From NCBI GenBank assembly GCA_965283655.1, contig CBDIPJ010000002.1:148506-212505 (forward strand): a stretch of 64,000 nt of DNA. The letters run 5' to 3'. The DNA comes from Limisphaerales bacterium (GTDB lineage: Bacteria > Verrucomicrobiota > Verrucomicrobiia > Limisphaerales > UBA9464). This document shows positions 62,762 through 64,000 of this stretch, piece by piece. The notes beneath the pieces are model-generated. The model worked only from the letters and a program-made list of their open reading frames with translations, was not told the origin of the DNA and did not search any database. Numbering within the stretch: position 1 is the stretch's first letter; each line of letters starts with the position of its first letter. The position numbers and the translations under genes were made by a program.

Positions 62762-63181
62762 GGCCTCAACCTCCCCTCCCGCGCCTCCCACGCCAAGGGC
62801 AACTTCGGGGGAACGCGGACCAACCTCGCCTCGATCAGGGTACTTGGACATCCCCACCCTGCCATCGCCGACATCACGGAAGGGCCAGCCGATAGCACGC
62901 CGCCTCGCGATCGTTGCGCAGGACCAGAAGGTTCCCGGCCAGGGCAGACGGATCGACCGTCTTGTGGGTGCCTTGCGTGTTCATCTCGCCCGGGTGCCGT
63001 TGCAGGAACTTTGCCGCAACGGCACGCATCGGAAGCCAGCAGACGTTTTCATGGGAGCCACCGTCAAGGGTTATGGCCTCACTCCTGCGAACTCATTCCT
63101 TCAAATGCACCGCGGCATGCCCCTAAGCTCACCCATCATTCCGTGAATCCATCCATCTTCCATCGCGTCGGCCGGGGGCAC

Positions 63182-64000
63182 ATGGCCTTCCGACATTGGT
63201 TTTTTGCGCTGCTCGCCGCCGTTTCAACCGGGGCAGCGCTGCCGATCGTTGCCCAGGGAATCGCATCCGCGGCGCCCATCGCCAAGGGAACCGATCCCGG
63301 CGAGGTGCTCATGGGCGAACTCCAGTGCATCGCCTGCCATGGGGCCGACCGCACCATTGCCGACCGCCTTGGCAACCATTCCGCGCCGCTGCTCGGCGCC
63401 GGTGGCCTCCGGCTGGAACCCCAGTGGATCCGCGCCTGGCTGGCGAATCCATCCGCCTCGAAACCGGGCACCGCCATGCCCCATGTGCTCCACGGCCTTC
63501 CCGAGGCCACCCGCGGCCAGGCCATCGACGAGCTCACTCATTTCCTCGTCTCCGCCCAACCCGCCGGCGAGCCGACCTTCACCACGGCCGACCGCGCCCG
63601 CCTCGACCTCGGGCGCGAATTGTACCACTCGCTGGGTTGCGTCGCCTGTCACACACCCGTCGATCGCCCGGCCGACATGCCCGACGACATCTTCCAGCGC
63701 GCGCTGAAGGACGGCGTTCCCCTCGGCAACCTCGCCGCGAAGTATCCCGGCGGCGAACTCACTGCCTTCCTCAAGGACCCGGTGAAACACCGGCCGTCGG
63801 GCCGCATGCCTTCCCTCGGACTTTCCGACGCGGAAGCGCGCGCCATTGCCACCTACCTGCTCCGCGAACAGGTCCCGGCATTGACCGATCCGAACGCACC
63901 GCTCGCCACCGTTTCCGGTCTGAAGTGGGAATACTACGAAGGCTCCGGAGCCTCCGCTGCGCGCATCGAGGAAGGCCGCAAGAAGGTCTCCAGCGGTGAA
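63182..64000 (+). CDS. PVC-type c-type cytochrome domain protein (two CxxCH motifs) leading into a PA14-like domain; the 3' end lies outside the window
   Basis: My own translation gives MAFRHWFFALLAAVSTGAALPIVAQG (signal) ... GELQCIACHG ... LYHSLGCVACHT ... RMPSLGLSDAEARAIATYLL ... GLKWEYYEGSG. The frame stays open to the window end, so it is not in the ORF track. An alternative GTG start lies at 63143. Confidence 0.8.
   Translation, partial: MAFRHWFFALLAAVSTGAALPIVAQGIASAAPIAKGTDPGEVLMGELQCIACHGADRTIADRLGNHSAPLLGAGGLRLEPQWIRAWLANPSASKPGTAMPHVLHGLPEATRGQAIDELTHFLVSAQPAGEPTFTTADRARLDLGRELYHSLGCVACHTPVDRPADMPDDIFQRALKDGVPLGNLAAKYPGGELTAFLKDPVKHRPSGRMPSLGLSDAEARAIATYLLREQVPALTDPNAPLATVSGLKWEYYEGSGASAARIEEGRKKVSSGE

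Noticed and set aside
1-64000. Prophage, integrative element or IS insertion
   Set aside because: I recognised no integrase, transposase, recombinase, capsid, terminase or conjugation gene in any frame. The tRNA-Ala gene is followed by ordinary ABC transporter genes, without att-like duplication of its 3' end.

Overview
This is a high-GC chromosomal segment. By eye it is mostly well above 60% GC, apart from one low-GC patch of about 300 bp near 50.4-50.7 kb. Gene content points to the PVC superphylum, most likely Verrucomicrobiota. The indicators are two 'PVC-type' CxxCH heme-binding proteins (8405-11788 and 63182-end), many TPR/HEAT/WD40 proteins, a Tat-signal Gfo/Idh/MocA oxidoreductase and an OprB-like porin.

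I can support about 48 protein-coding genes or pseudogenes and one tRNA, tRNA-Ala(GGC). Housekeeping genes are mnmE, hpf, tyrS, gatB, uppP, mobA and an AddB-like nuclease. They are interspersed with:
- a long minus-strand heavy-metal RND efflux operon (about 24.3-30.9 kb), followed on the same strand by a TPR protein and a C-type lectin (about 21.7-24.2 kb);
- two translationally coupled giant TPR proteins, one carrying an embedded C39-like cysteine peptidase domain;
- a Ser/Thr kinase-WD40 / fatty-acid hydroxylase / S10 peptidase cluster;
- one intact and one decayed VapBC-type toxin-antitoxin module.

I recognised no transposase, integrase, phage or cas genes.

The most unusual features are non-coding:
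1. An 11-copy, 107-bp tandem array at 20481-21663. Each unit has three 9-bp iterons, a polypyrimidine tract and an inverted arm. A solo relative sits at 16.5 kb and a cousin at 44.05 kb.
2. Several families of GC-rich palindromic (REP-like) intergenic repeats.
3. 198-bp direct repeats that bracket the intact vapBC module.

At least six conserved genes are broken by single-nucleotide frame changes located at or beside short G/C homopolymer runs: tyrS, the RND outer-membrane factor, the S10 peptidase, the kinase (twice) and addB. This looks more like assembly indel error than biology and needs read-level verification.

All functional calls come from motif recognition by eye on the supplied translations. 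No database search was run. Start codons are often ambiguous because of alternative ATG/GTG/TTG candidates.
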